DNA from: an uncultured beta proteobacterium
Lineage (GTDB): Bacteria; Pseudomonadota; Gammaproteobacteria; Burkholderiales; Burkholderiaceae_C
Direction of reading: 5' to 3'
DNA length: 64,000 bases
Assembly: GCA_903876715.1 (NCBI GenBank)
Contig: CAIRBF010000217.1
Coordinates: forward strand, 2,931 to 66,930
The notes under the pieces were generated by a model. That model saw nothing but the letters and a program-made list of their open reading frames with translations, had not been told where the DNA came from and ran no database searches. Of this stretch, positions 27,161 through 36,290 are shown piece by piece (positions within the stretch are counted from its first letter, which is position 1; every line of letters begins with the position of its first letter). The position numbers and the translations under genes were made by a program.

Positions 27161-28153
27161 TCAGTGCAGGCGATAGACATCGCTTGCGGTCCCGCCCAGG
27201 AGTTGCCTGCGCTCGTCGATCGACAAGGGCGAGCACAGGCGCTTGAATGCGTTCCAGAGGGTGATCTGCGAACACCCGCTGCGGTCGACCGGGAAATTGC
27301 TCTCGAACATCATCCGTCCCGGCCCGAACATGTCCAGCGCGATGTCGAAGTACGGCCGCCACGCATCGGCCAAGGCCTGCGAGTTTGGCGCTTCGGGCCA
27401 TCGGTGCCAACCGAAGCCCGCCAACGGCATGGCCAGCCCTCCGAACTTGAGGTGCACGCGCGGCAGGCCCGCCAATTGCCGCAGGCCCTGAGTCCACTCG
27501 GCCAGGACCTCGTCGCGGCGGCCCGCGTGAGCCCCCAGTCCGATCGGGCCGCCACAGTGATCCAGCACGATCAACGCGTCCGGCTGTCGCCTCAGCCACC
27601 GCGCCACCGCCGGCAACTGATGGAAATAGACCCACAGATCCAGCGCGAGCCCGGTGCGTGCCGCGGCGTCGAGGCCGTGAGCGGTCGGGTCGCGCTCGAA
27701 CATGTCGGGCGCACTGGGGTAGTGGCTGCGAATCGCCGGCGAGGGATCCCAGGCCGCGCAGAAGCGCCAACCCTTGACCCAGTGAGCGCCGGCTTGCAGG
27801 TGCTGCTCCAGCACGGCTTGCAAATGCCCGCCGAGCGCGAGGTCGGCGCGCGCGATGAGACCGCGGCACACGGTTGGCGCGCCGAGCGCTCCTGCGCGCT
27901 CGAGTTCCTGAACCAGCCAGCGGGTCTCACCGACGCAGCGGTGCGCCTCGGGCCCCTGTTCGAGGTAGTGGTTCTGGCACTCCACGTACAGACTGGCGCG
28001 CACAGGATGCCCGGCCGCTGCCTCGGCCTCGAATGCGGCCAGGTCGTAGCACTCTCCGCCGCGATTCCACAGATGGTGGTGAGGATCAACCACCGACCAT
28101 TGCGGCTCGATGACGTCCTCGACCTGGGCTGCGGGCCGCGCCAGCATGCTCAC
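27161..28153 (-). CDS. Amidohydrolase_2 family protein (lactonase/decarboxylase-type TIM barrel)
   Basis: VVDPHHHLW metal motif, DHCGGP and ESNFPVD motifs typical of COG3618-like amidohydrolases. ATGA overlap with the upstream SDR. Confidence 0.82.
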   Translation of the reverse strand: MSMLARPAAQVEDVIEPQWSVVDPHHHLWNRGGECYDLAAFEAEAAAGHPVRASLYVECQNHYLEQGPEAHRCVGETRWLVQELERAGALGAPTVCRGLIARADLALGGHLQAVLEQHLQAGAHWVKGWRFCAAWDPSPAIRSHYPSAPDMFERDPTAHGLDAAARTGLALDLWVYFHQLPAVARWLRRQPDALIVLDHCGGPIGLGAHAGRRDEVLAEWTQGLRQLAGLPRVHLKFGGLAMPLAGFGWHRWPEAPNSQALADAWRPYFDIALDMFGPGRMMFESNFPVDRSGCSQITLWNAFKRLCSPLSIDERRQLLGGTASDVYRLH

Positions 28154-28899
28154 AGTGTGCGGCCCCCATCAACGCGCAGCGTCTGCCCCTGGATGTAGGA
28201 CGCAAGCGGCGAGGCCAGGAACAGGCAGGCGCCGGCCATGTCCTGCACCGTTCCCAGTCGACCGACCGGAATGCCCTTCAGACGTTGTGCCAGCCTTTCC
28301 GGGTGGGCCACGGTCACCTGCGTGAGCTTGGTTTCGACGAGCCCGGGGGCCACGCCGTTGACGCGCACACCGTCGCGCGCCCAGGCCTGACCCAAGGTGC
28401 TGGTGAGATGGATGGCGCCGGCCTTGGACGCCGCGTAGGCCGGATTCCCCTGCGTCGCACGCACGCCGCCGACCGACGATACCGTGATCAAGGCGCCCCG
28501 CCGCGCGACCAGGCTGGGCTTGAAATGCGCTGCGCACAGCATCAGGCTGTTGAGGTTGAGGTCGACCACACTGCGGAAGGTCTCGTACTCGAATTCCTTC
28601 TGCCCATAGGCCACCGTTCCCTGGCAAAGCACCAGAACGTCCAGGGCCGGCGGTGGAGGATCCCGGCGCACTTGTTCCGGACGGGTGACGTCGACCTGCC
28701 GGTAGCGCAGACCTGTCAGGTCCGAGCCCGGTTCGCCTGTGTAGTCCTGCGCGTTCGCACGCGTGCCCCAGACCTCGACTTCCGCGCCCTGGTCGAGGAA
28801 GGCGCGCGCAATGCCGTTGCCGATGCCACTGCTGCCCCCGACCACCAGCACTTGCAGGCCGGTGAAGTTGAGCGCCTGGTTCCAGACAGTCGCGCCCAT
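28150..28899 (-). CDS. Short-chain dehydrogenase/reductase
   Basis: VGGSSGIGNG motif, YAASKAG catalytic motif, RVDGG end. Confidence 0.9.
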   Translation of the reverse strand: MGATVWNQALNFTGLQVLVVGGSSGIGNGIARAFLDQGAEVEVWGTRANAQDYTGEPGSDLTGLRYRQVDVTRPEQVRRDPPPPALDVLVLCQGTVAYGQKEFEYETFRSVVDLNLNSLMLCAAHFKPSLVARRGALITVSSVGGVRATQGNPAYAASKAGAIHLTSTLGQAWARDGVRVNGVAPGLVETKLTQVTVAHPERLAQRLKGIPVGRLGTVQDMAGACLFLASPLASYIQGQTLRVDGGRTL

Positions 28900-28900
28900 G

Positions 28901-29707
28901 TCAGACCGGGCTGTGCGGGTCGAAGCGGGGAGGGCGCCGTTCCTCGTAGGCCTTGAGCCCTTCGACGACGTCCGGGCCCGAGAAGCCCAGAATCTCGAGC
29001 GCCAGCGAGTTCTCGAAGATGGGCCAGGCCATCTGCAGCCAGTTGTTCATCGACAACTTGGTCCACCGCAGCGCCGAGGGGGAACCCTGGGTCAGCCGAA
29101 TGGCGGTGTCGACGGCACACTGCTGCAGGCGGTCGTCGTCCACGCACAGCGATACGAGACCGATGCGCTCGGCCTGCTCGCCGTTGAGCGGCTCGCCCGA
29201 GAGGAGGTGATATTTGGCCTTGGCCATGCCACACAGCAAGGGCCAGATGATGGCCGCGTGGTCGCCGGCAGCCACGCCCAGACGCACGTGGCCGTCCACG
29301 AGCTTGGCCGAACGCGCCGCGATGCTGATGTCGGCCAGCAAGGCGGCGGCCAGCCCGCCGCCTGCCGCGGGGCCGTTGATGGCCGAGATCAGCGGCTTGG
29401 AGAAGTGGATCAGGTTGCGCACGAGGTTGCGCCCGTCTTTCCACATCCGGGCGCGCCAGTCGAACTCCTCGACCAGCTTGCGCTCCAGGTCGAAATCGCC
29501 GCCCGCGGAGAACGCCCGGCCCTCGCCGGTCAGTATCGCGACGCTGACCGTGTCATCGTCCTCGATCGCTTGCCAGATCGTGGTGAGCGCGTGATGGAGC
29601 TCGAAGTCCATCGCATTCATCTTGCCGCGCGACATGACGATGCGAAGCACCCGATCGGCCGGGCGCTCGTACCGCAAGGAGGCGCATTCAGGGTAGGGTT
29701 GGGGCAT
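28901..29707 (-). CDS. Enoyl-CoA hydratase/isomerase (crotonase) family protein
   Basis: [13 protein letters not shown] oxyanion-hole motif, INGPAAGGG, and C-terminal [14 protein letters not shown]. Confidence 0.9.
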   Translation of the reverse strand: MPQPYPECASLRYERPADRVLRIVMSRGKMNAMDFELHHALTTIWQAIEDDDTVSVAILTGEGRAFSAGGDFDLERKLVEEFDWRARMWKDGRNLVRNLIHFSKPLISAINGPAAGGGLAAALLADISIAARSAKLVDGHVRLGVAAGDHAAIIWPLLCGMAKAKYHLLSGEPLNGEQAERIGLVSLCVDDDRLQQCAVDTAIRLTQGSPSALRWTKLSMNNWLQMAWPIFENSLALEILGFSGPDVVEGLKAYEERRPPRFDPHSPV

Positions 29708-29759
29708 GGGTATGGATCAGCTGGGGGTCGGGACCGGTGGATGAGCAGTCGAGGCCGGG

Positions 29760-30491
29760 TCAGGACGCCGACAAGGATTGCCCGAGGTAGTGCGCCAGGA
29801 CCGACGGGTCGTTGCCGAGATCAGCGCTGCGGCCCTGGGCCACGACCTGACCTTGCTCGATGACGTAAGCCCGGTCGGTCACCTCCAGCGCGAGCCGGGC
29901 GTTCTGCTCGACCAGCAGGATGGTCAGACCGGCACGGTTGAGGGCCTGGAGCGCGTCGAAGACCTGGGAGACGATCAGAGGTGCCAGACCGAGGCTGGGT
30001 TCGTCGAGCAGCAGCAACTGCGGTCCACCCATCAGGGCGCGCCCGATGGCCAGCATCTGCTGCTGGCCGCCGCTGAGCGACCCTGCCCTTTGCTCCCGCC
30101 GCTCGGCAAGGATGGGGAACATCCGTTCGACGTCCTGCAGGGTGTGGGTCGGCGCGCGGTCGCGCAACGCCGCGGTTCCCAGCGCCAGGTTTTCCCGTAC
30201 GGTCAGGTTGGGCAGGACCTGACGGCCTTCAGGAACTTGCAGCAAGCCCAGATGGGCCACGCGCCAGGGCGACAGACCGTCGATGCGCCGGCCTCGGTAC
30301 TCGATGGCGCCGCCCGTGGGGCGCAGCACGCCGCTGAGGCAGTTGAGCAGCGTCGACTTGCCGGCGCCGTTGGGGCCTATCAAGGCGACGAACTCCCCTT
30401 GGCGCACGCTCAGCCCCACACCGCGCAGCGCGCGTACGCCGTTGTATGCGGCCTGCAGGTCGCGCACGTCGAGAACGAGGTCCGATGCCAT
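29760..30491 (-). CDS. Liv-type (HAAT family) ABC transporter ATP-binding protein, LivF-like (system 1)
   Basis: Walker A GPNGAGKST, signature LSGGQQQ, Walker B LLLLDEPS. The start ATG shares one base with the upstream stop. Confidence 0.9.
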   Translation of the reverse strand: MASDLVLDVRDLQAAYNGVRALRGVGLSVRQGEFVALIGPNGAGKSTLLNCLSGVLRPTGGAIEYRGRRIDGLSPWRVAHLGLLQVPEGRQVLPNLTVRENLALGTAALRDRAPTHTLQDVERMFPILAERREQRAGSLSGGQQQMLAIGRALMGGPQLLLLDEPSLGLAPLIVSQVFDALQALNRAGLTILLVEQNARLALEVTDRAYVIEQGQVVAQGRSADLGNDPSVLAHYLGQSLSAS

Positions 30492-31267
30492 CAACCGCCC
30501 TCCTTGCGTCGGGGCTGGCCGAGGTAGGCCGTGATGACGTCGGGATGCGACGTCACCTCCGCGGGCGTGCCTTCGGCGATCAGCCGCCCGCTGTCGAGCA
30601 CGTAGACGTGATCGCACAGGCGGGTGACGAAACGGATGTTGTGTTCGATGAGCAGCACACCCCGCCCCTCGAGCGCCAGACCACGGAAGATATCCCCGAG
30701 CTGACCCGCCTCGACGTCGTTCATGCCCGCCACCGGCTCATCGAAGAGCACTGTCGACGGGTCGGAGGCCATGGCCCGCATCATCTCGACGCGGCGTTGA
30801 TGGCCATAAGCCAGACTGCCGGCCTCCTCGTCGGCGAGATGACGCATCTCGAAGCGGTCCAGCAGTGCCAGCGCGCGATCGCGGATCTCCCGGGTTTCGC
30901 GATGCGCGCTTCGCAGGCCGAGCAGGCTGGCGAGGCTGGAGCTGTGCTCGCGTCTGTAGAAGCCGATCATCACGTTGTCGACCACCGATGCCTCGGTGAG
31001 CAGGCGGATGTTCTGGAAGGTCCGCGCCAGACCGGCGCGGGCCACGACATGCGCCGGGGCGTGCGTGACGTCGAGATCACCGAACCGGATGCGGCCCGAG
31101 CTCACCGTGAGCAGCCCGGTGATCAAGTTGATGAGTGTCGTCTTGCCCGCGCCGTTCGGACCGATGAGGCCGACGATACGCCCAGGCGGCACCTGCATGC
31201 TGACGTCGCTCAATGCCGCCACGCCGCCGAAGTGCTTGCTCAGGTGGTCGATCACCAGGGTGTTCAA
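30491..31267 (-). CDS. Liv-type ABC transporter ATP-binding protein, LivG-like (system 1)
   Basis: Walker A GPNGAGKTT and C-terminal LivG-type extension. The TTG start at 31267 aligns with the system-2 LivG N-terminus but has a short RBS spacing. The alternative ATG at 31399 would overlap livM by 74 nt. Confidence 0.8.
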   Translation of the reverse strand: MNTLVIDHLSKHFGGVAALSDVSMQVPPGRIVGLIGPNGAGKTTLINLITGLLTVSSGRIRFGDLDVTHAPAHVVARAGLARTFQNIRLLTEASVVDNVMIGFYRREHSSSLASLLGLRSAHRETREIRDRALALLDRFEMRHLADEEAGSLAYGHQRRVEMMRAMASDPSTVLFDEPVAGMNDVEAGQLGDIFRGLALEGRGVLLIEHNIRFVTRLCDHVYVLDSGRLIAEGTPAEVTSHPDVITAYLGQPRRKEGG

Positions 31268-31325
31268 GGGCCCTCTGTGCGGGTGAAGTGGAATTGGGCG
31301 GTGGAGCGCAGTCGGGACCTGCCGG

Positions 31326-32192
31326 TCAGGCTGCTTGATCCGCGCTGGCGATGCGTTTGCGACGCCGCCAATACAGGACTGCGGTGTCGACGATGCCACG
31401 CGGCATGAACGCGATGACCAGCATCAGCACCGTGCCGTAGAAGGCGAGCCGGAAGTCGGCCAGAGGCCGGGAGATCTCGGGGATGATCAGCAGGATCGCC
31501 GCCCCGACCAGCGGCCCGGCCACCGAGCGCCGGCCTCCGAGGACCACGTAGGACAACACGGCGATCACCAGCGGAAAACCGAAGGTGCCCGGAAAGAGGG
31601 TGAAGCTCTGGAGGGCTTCGAGCCCGCCGAAAAGCCCGGCGATCGCGCCGCTCAGGCCAAAGGCCAGGCCCTGATGGAAGCGCACCGACACGCCGAGCGA
31701 ACTGGCCACCGCCTCGTTCTGGCGGATGGCCTCGAAAGCCCGACCCACACGCGTGCGGCTCAGACTGATCAGCAGGTACAGCACTGCGAGCAGCGCCAGC
31801 AGCGTCTGCCAGGTTCCAACCAGATTCGGAATGGCGTTCAGCCCGACAGCGCCGCCGGTGAGGTCCTCGGAGAACAAGGCCAGCGCCAACACCACCTGCA
31901 CGAAGGCGAGCGTGGCGATGGCTTGAAACACGCCGCGCAGCCGGCCCAGCGGCCAAGACAGCAGCAGCCCAGCCGCAGCGCCCAGCAGGCTGCCTGCCAG
32001 CAAGGACCAACCGTAAGGAAGGCCCAGGCGCATGGTCAGCAGGGCTGCGGTGTAGCCACCGATGGAGGCAAAACCTGCCGTGGCGACCGAGAACACGCCC
32101 GCGCGCATGACGACCCACTGGCTCAGCGCATAGCCCGAGCTGATCAGGAACACGTTGAACAGGTGGTGATAGGTGAGGAGGAACTCGCTCAA
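31326..32192 (-). CDS. Liv-type ABC transporter permease, LivM-like (system 1)
   Basis: 288-aa polytopic membrane protein, collinear with the system-2 LivM-like gene. Confidence 0.88.
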   Translation of the reverse strand: MSEFLLTYHHLFNVFLISSGYALSQWVVMRAGVFSVATAGFASIGGYTAALLTMRLGLPYGWSLLAGSLLGAAAGLLLSWPLGRLRGVFQAIATLAFVQVVLALALFSEDLTGGAVGLNAIPNLVGTWQTLLALLAVLYLLISLSRTRVGRAFEAIRQNEAVASSLGVSVRFHQGLAFGLSGAIAGLFGGLEALQSFTLFPGTFGFPLVIAVLSYVVLGGRRSVAGPLVGAAILLIIPEISRPLADFRLAFYGTVLMLVIAFMPRGIVDTAVLYWRRRKRIASADQAA

Positions 32193-32250
32193 CGGTCTGC
32201 GCTCCGATCGCTACGTACCTGCGCCGCGGTGAGCGGACGGTGAGCGGCTC

Positions 32251-33141
32251 TCATCGCTGTGCCCGCATCATGTCTGCCGATTGCATGCCGAACAGCCCAT
32301 TGGGCCGGATCAGCAGGACCAGGAACAGCAGCGTGAAGATGATGGCGTCAGTCAGGCCCGCGGGCAGGTAGGCCGAGGTCAGCGTCTGCACCATGCCGAA
32401 CAGCAGACCGGCCACCATGGCACCAGGGATGCTTCCCATGCCACCCAGCACGATCACCACGAAGCCGCGCAGCAGGAAGGGCTCGCCCATCGCAAACTGG
32501 ATGGAGTTGAATGCCAGCCCGATCAGCACCCCGGAAGCGCCGGCCAGCGCGCCTGACAGGAAGAAGGTCTGCGCGTAGACGATGTTCGGATTCACTCCGC
32601 ACAGCACCGAGGCGCGGTAGTTGCCCGAGACCGAGCGGACCCGCGTGCCCAGCGGGGTACGGTACAGGTAGTAGGTCAGCAGCAGCATGAGTGCGAAGGC
32701 GCACACGGACATGAACAGCTGCAGCAGCGAGACCCGCAGGCCCGCGATCTCGAAGATCTTCACCGGGAAGGTTTCGAACGGGAACCGCAGGACCTCGCTG
32801 GCCGAGATGTTCTGGGCCATGCTGACGATGATGAGGTCTGCGCCGAGCGTGGAGACGATGGCCCCGAATTCGGCCTCCCCCGACTTGTGCAGCGGACGGA
32901 ACGCGGTCAACTCGATCAGCACCGACAGCAGACCGCATGCCAGCAGCGCGAACACGAATCCCAGCCAAAGCGGCCAGCCTGCGAGCACTGTGTACAAGGC
33001 GACGAAGGCGCCGGTCATGAACACCGCGCCATGCGCGAGGTTCATCAGGTGGTGGATACCGAAGACGAGGGTGAAGCCCAACGCGAACAGGGCGTACACC
33101 CCGCCCATCACGAGGCCGTTGAGCAACTGCTGGGCAAGCAC
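32251..33141 (-). CDS. Liv-type ABC transporter permease, LivH-like (system 1)
   Basis: N-terminus MLAQQLLNGLVMGGVYALFALGFTLVFG is typical of LivH. Confidence 0.9.
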   Translation of the reverse strand: MLAQQLLNGLVMGGVYALFALGFTLVFGIHHLMNLAHGAVFMTGAFVALYTVLAGWPLWLGFVFALLACGLLSVLIELTAFRPLHKSGEAEFGAIVSTLGADLIIVSMAQNISASEVLRFPFETFPVKIFEIAGLRVSLLQLFMSVCAFALMLLLTYYLYRTPLGTRVRSVSGNYRASVLCGVNPNIVYAQTFFLSGALAGASGVLIGLAFNSIQFAMGEPFLLRGFVVIVLGGMGSIPGAMVAGLLFGMVQTLTSAYLPAGLTDAIIFTLLFLVLLIRPNGLFGMQSADMMRAQR

Positions 33142-33338
33142 GGTTCAGAGGCGAGGGGGGCAGATGGAAACGGGTGACAGGCGCACTGTGATCTCGAAGG
33201 ATTATGGTGGAGCGCATGGCCCTGTACAAGACCTGCACGCGGGCGGTGGCGCGCGGTCCGGACTAGGGCAAACACCGATCAATCTTCGATCGAAATCTGC
33301 AGAATCAACTCGCTCTAACTTTCGAAGGAGGTCTCCTC

Positions 33339-34466
33339 ATGAAGTTTCGTCTTTCCGCCATGGCCGCACTTGTGGGCGCGACCACGCTGGGTGCGTCGGC
33401 CCAGGAAATCCTGATCGGTGTTCCGGCCTCGCTGACCGGCACCTATGCCTTCGTCGGCACCGCAGCGCTGAAGGGGCTGCAACATGCGGTTGACGAGATC
33501 AACACCAACAAGGAACTCGGCGCAGGGCGCAGCATCAAGCTGGTCATTGCCGATGACGGCAGCAACAACAACCAGTCCATCACCTTGGTCAACAGGCTGG
33601 TCAACGTCGACAAGGTGATGGCGATCGCGGGCCCGAGCGCGTCCCCGACGGTGCTTGCCGTCTCGCCCGTGGTGAACCAGTTGCAGGTGCCCATGCTGGG
33701 CATCGCCGTGTCCACGGCCGTCAACAAGGCCGGGCCTTGGTCGAACCGGATCCTGAACTCGCCGGCCACCTTGATGACGGCGCTGACCAGTTACACGCTC
33801 GAGACCTACAAGCCGCGCACGGTCATGACCGTGGCCAGCCGGGACAACGACGGCGCGGCAGCGCAATCGAAGGTGGCGCGCTCGGTGATGGACGGCAAGG
33901 TCACGCTGATGGCTGAGGAGTCGGCCCTGATGGCCGAGACCGACTTCTCGGCGCTGAGCACCAAGATCGCCACCCAGAAGCCCGACGTGGTGATGATCAC
34001 GATGAACGATGCGGCGGCGGCCAACATCATCCTGCAGTCCAAGCAGGCCGGAGTTCCTGCCAGCGTGCGTTTCGTGGCCAACAATGCCGCGGCCTCGGCA
34101 AGTTTCCTGCGCATCGGCGGACGCGCGGTGGAGGGGGTGCTGGTCGGCACGGACGCTTTCCCAGAAATCCGCAGCGACGCCCTGGCTCGCAACTTCGTCG
34201 CCAACTTCCAGAAGCGCTACAACGCGGTGCCCGACCAGTGGAATGCTGTGGGCTACACGATCGGCCGCCTGTACGGGCAGGCCATCATCAATGCCAAGAC
34301 GCCGCTCACGCGGCAGACGCTGCTTGATGCGTTGGTGAATCTGAAGAATGTTCCGGTGGTCCTGGGCAGCGGCAGGGGCAACTTCAGCTTCGGCGTGGAC
34401 CGGGAGCCCGGCTACGAGCCCATCCTCATCACGATCAAGGACGGCAAGTTCACCCCTGCGCCCTGA
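33339..34466 (+). CDS. Liv-type periplasmic substrate-binding protein (system 1), divergently transcribed
   Basis: Signal peptide MKFRLSAMAALVGATTLGASAQ. Type I periplasmic-binding fold pattern (IGVPASLTGTYAFVG...). GAAGGAGG RBS. Confidence 0.88.
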   Translation: MKFRLSAMAALVGATTLGASAQEILIGVPASLTGTYAFVGTAALKGLQHAVDEINTNKELGAGRSIKLVIADDGSNNNQSITLVNRLVNVDKVMAIAGPSASPTVLAVSPVVNQLQVPMLGIAVSTAVNKAGPWSNRILNSPATLMTALTSYTLETYKPRTVMTVASRDNDGAAAQSKVARSVMDGKVTLMAEESALMAETDFSALSTKIATQKPDVVMITMNDAAAANIILQSKQAGVPASVRFVANNAAASASFLRIGGRAVEGVLVGTDAFPEIRSDALARNFVANFQKRYNAVPDQWNAVGYTIGRLYGQAIINAKTPLTRQTLLDALVNLKNVPVVLGSGRGNFSFGVDREPGYEPILITIKDGKFTPAP

Positions 34467-34469
34467 GTC

Positions 34470-34805
34470 ACGAGCGTGAGCGAGCGCGGCGCTGCCGCAG
34501 CAGCGCCGCGCCTCGGCCGCGTCCTGCGGCAGCGTCACGTCCGTGCGCGCGATGCAGTTCTGGGTGACACGCAGCGCGGCGACCTCGGCGATGTACGCGC
34601 CTACCTCCGGCCGCTGGTGGTCAATGCCGTGATGGAGGGTCAGGTTGGTGCTGACGTGGGTCTCGCACTCCAGCACCCGGGCCTGCAGATCGAGCAGCGC
34701 GATGTCGCGCAGCCAAATGTCCTAGAAGGTTCGGTCGAAGGCCTTGATACAGAACAGCCCCTGCACGGCCTCCAGCACTTGGGCCTTGACCGACTCGCAA
34801 CTCAT
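34470..34805 (-). pseudogene. Decayed class II aldolase/adducin-family gene (in-frame TAG and internal deletions)
   Basis: The minus-strand frame reads MSCESVKAQVLEAVQGLFCIKAFDRTF*DIWLRDIALLDLQ...LTLHHGIDHQRPEV, which parallels the intact aldolase at 43954-44652 (VIQSQVLEAIRGL...LFYINAFEKTFEEMQLHDIALLDFD...LTFHHGIYKQRPDV). It has a stop at 34722-34724, the GGHVS region is missing, and the C-terminal half has collapsed. It retains an ATGA overlap with the LivF-2 stop. Confidence 0.75.
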
Positions 34806-35530
34806 GCGACGGCCTTCGGGGCTTCCGTGGCCTGGCCCAGGTAGTGCGCGATCACGTTGGGATCCTGTGCCAGCACGCTGCTCTCGCCGTGCTGCACCAC
34901 GCGCCCCTGCTCGATCAGGTAGGCACGGTGGGTGGAGCGCAGCGCCTGGCGCGCGTTCTGCTCCACCAGCAGGATGGTCAGGCCCTTGCGGTTGAGTTCG
35001 CGCAGGGCCGTGAGTACGGTCTGCGCCAGCAGCGGCGACAGGCCCAGGCTGGGCTCGTCGAGCAGCAGCAGGCGCGGCGCCCCCATGAGCGCACGCCCGA
35101 TGGCCAGCATCTGTTGCTGCCCGCCCGAGAGCGAGCCCGCGCGTTGCGCGCGCCGCTCGGCCAGGATCGGGAACAGCTCATGCACGCGCGCCAGATCGTG
35201 CGTGGCCGGCCGGCCGTGCAATGCCGTCAGACCCAGCTGCAGGTTCTCCTCGACCGTGAGGTCGGCCAGGATCTGCCGCCCTTCGGGCACCTGCAGCAGA
35301 CCGGCGCGCGAGACCTTGAAGGGCGCCAGGCCGGTGATGTCCTGCCCGCCCAGGCGGATGGAGCCCTGGCGCGCGGCGATGAGGCCGCTGATGCAGTTGA
35401 GCAGCGTGGATTTGCCTGCGCCGTTAGGGCCGATGATCGCCACCATCTCGCCCTCGGCCACGTTGAGCGACACGCCGTGCAGCACCTGGTTGCCGCCATA
35501 GCCCGCGTGCAGATTGCTGATCTCAAGCAT
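34802..35530 (-). CDS. Liv-type ABC transporter ATP-binding protein, LivF-like (system 2)
   Basis: Walker A GPNGAGKST, signature LSGGQQQ, Walker B LLLLDEPS. Confidence 0.9.
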   Translation of the reverse strand: MLEISNLHAGYGGNQVLHGVSLNVAEGEMVAIIGPNGAGKSTLLNCISGLIAARQGSIRLGGQDITGLAPFKVSRAGLLQVPEGRQILADLTVEENLQLGLTALHGRPATHDLARVHELFPILAERRAQRAGSLSGGQQQMLAIGRALMGAPRLLLLDEPSLGLSPLLAQTVLTALRELNRKGLTILLVEQNARQALRSTHRAYLIEQGRVVQHGESSVLAQDPNVIAHYLGQATEAPKAVA

Positions 35531-36290
35531 CGATCGCCTCGCCCAGGTAGGCCTTGATCACGGTCGGATTGCTGACCACCTCGGCCGCGCTGCCCTGCGC
35601 AATCAGCTGGCCGCTGTCGAGCACATAGACGTGGTCGCACAGTCGCGTGACGAAGCGCATGTTGTGCTCGATCAGCAGCACGGCCATGCCCTCATCGGCC
35701 AGCGTGCGGAAGATCTCGCCCAGGCGTTCCGCCTCGACGTCGTTGATGCCGGCCACGGGTTCGTCGAGCAGCAGCACCTTGGGCTTGAGCGCCAGCGCGC
35801 GCATCATCTCCACCCGGCGCTGGTCTCCGTAGGACAGCGCGCCTGCGGGATAGTTGGCGTAGCGCGTCATGCCGAAGCGCTCGAGCAGCAGCTGCGCCTC
35901 GGCCCGGAAGCGCGCCGTCTCGGCGCGCGACGAGGGCAGCCCGAACATCTGCGCCAGCAGCGAGGTGGTCTGGTGGCGGTACATGCCGATGACCACGTTC
36001 TCCACCACGGTGGCATCGGGCAGCAGCCGGATGGTCTGGTAGGTGCGCGCCAGCCCGGCGCGGGCCACCTCGTGCCGCGGCGCCGTGCTCAGGTCCTGGT
36101 CTCCGAACATGATGCGACCCTCGCTGAGCTTGTACACGCCCGTGATGAGGTTCACCACCGTGGTCTTGCCCGCGCCGTTGGGCCCGATAAGCCCGGTGAT
36201 GCGACCGGGCTCGATCGACATGTCGAACGGCGACACGGCCCGCAGCCCACCGAAGCGCTTGCCGACGCCTTGCAGTCGCAACGCGGTCAT
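35523..36290 (-). CDS. Liv-type ABC transporter ATP-binding protein, LivG-like (system 2)
   Basis: Walker A GPNGAGKTT and LivG-like C-terminus. 8-nt overlap with livF-2 and 4-nt overlap with livM-2. Confidence 0.9.
   Translation of the reverse strand: MTALRLQGVGKRFGGLRAVSPFDMSIEPGRITGLIGPNGAGKTTVVNLITGVYKLSEGRIMFGDQDLSTAPRHEVARAGLARTYQTIRLLPDATVVENVVIGMYRHQTTSLLAQMFGLPSSRAETARFRAEAQLLLERFGMTRYANYPAGALSYGDQRRVEMMRALALKPKVLLLDEPVAGINDVEAERLGEIFRTLADEGMAVLLIEHNMRFVTRLCDHVYVLDSGQLIAQGSAAEVVSNPTVIKAYLGEAIDA

Noticed and set aside
34476-34844. 122-aa plus-strand ORF between livK-1 and livF-2.
   Set aside because: It is the antisense strand of the decayed class II aldolase remnant. The minus-strand reading shows the real homology.
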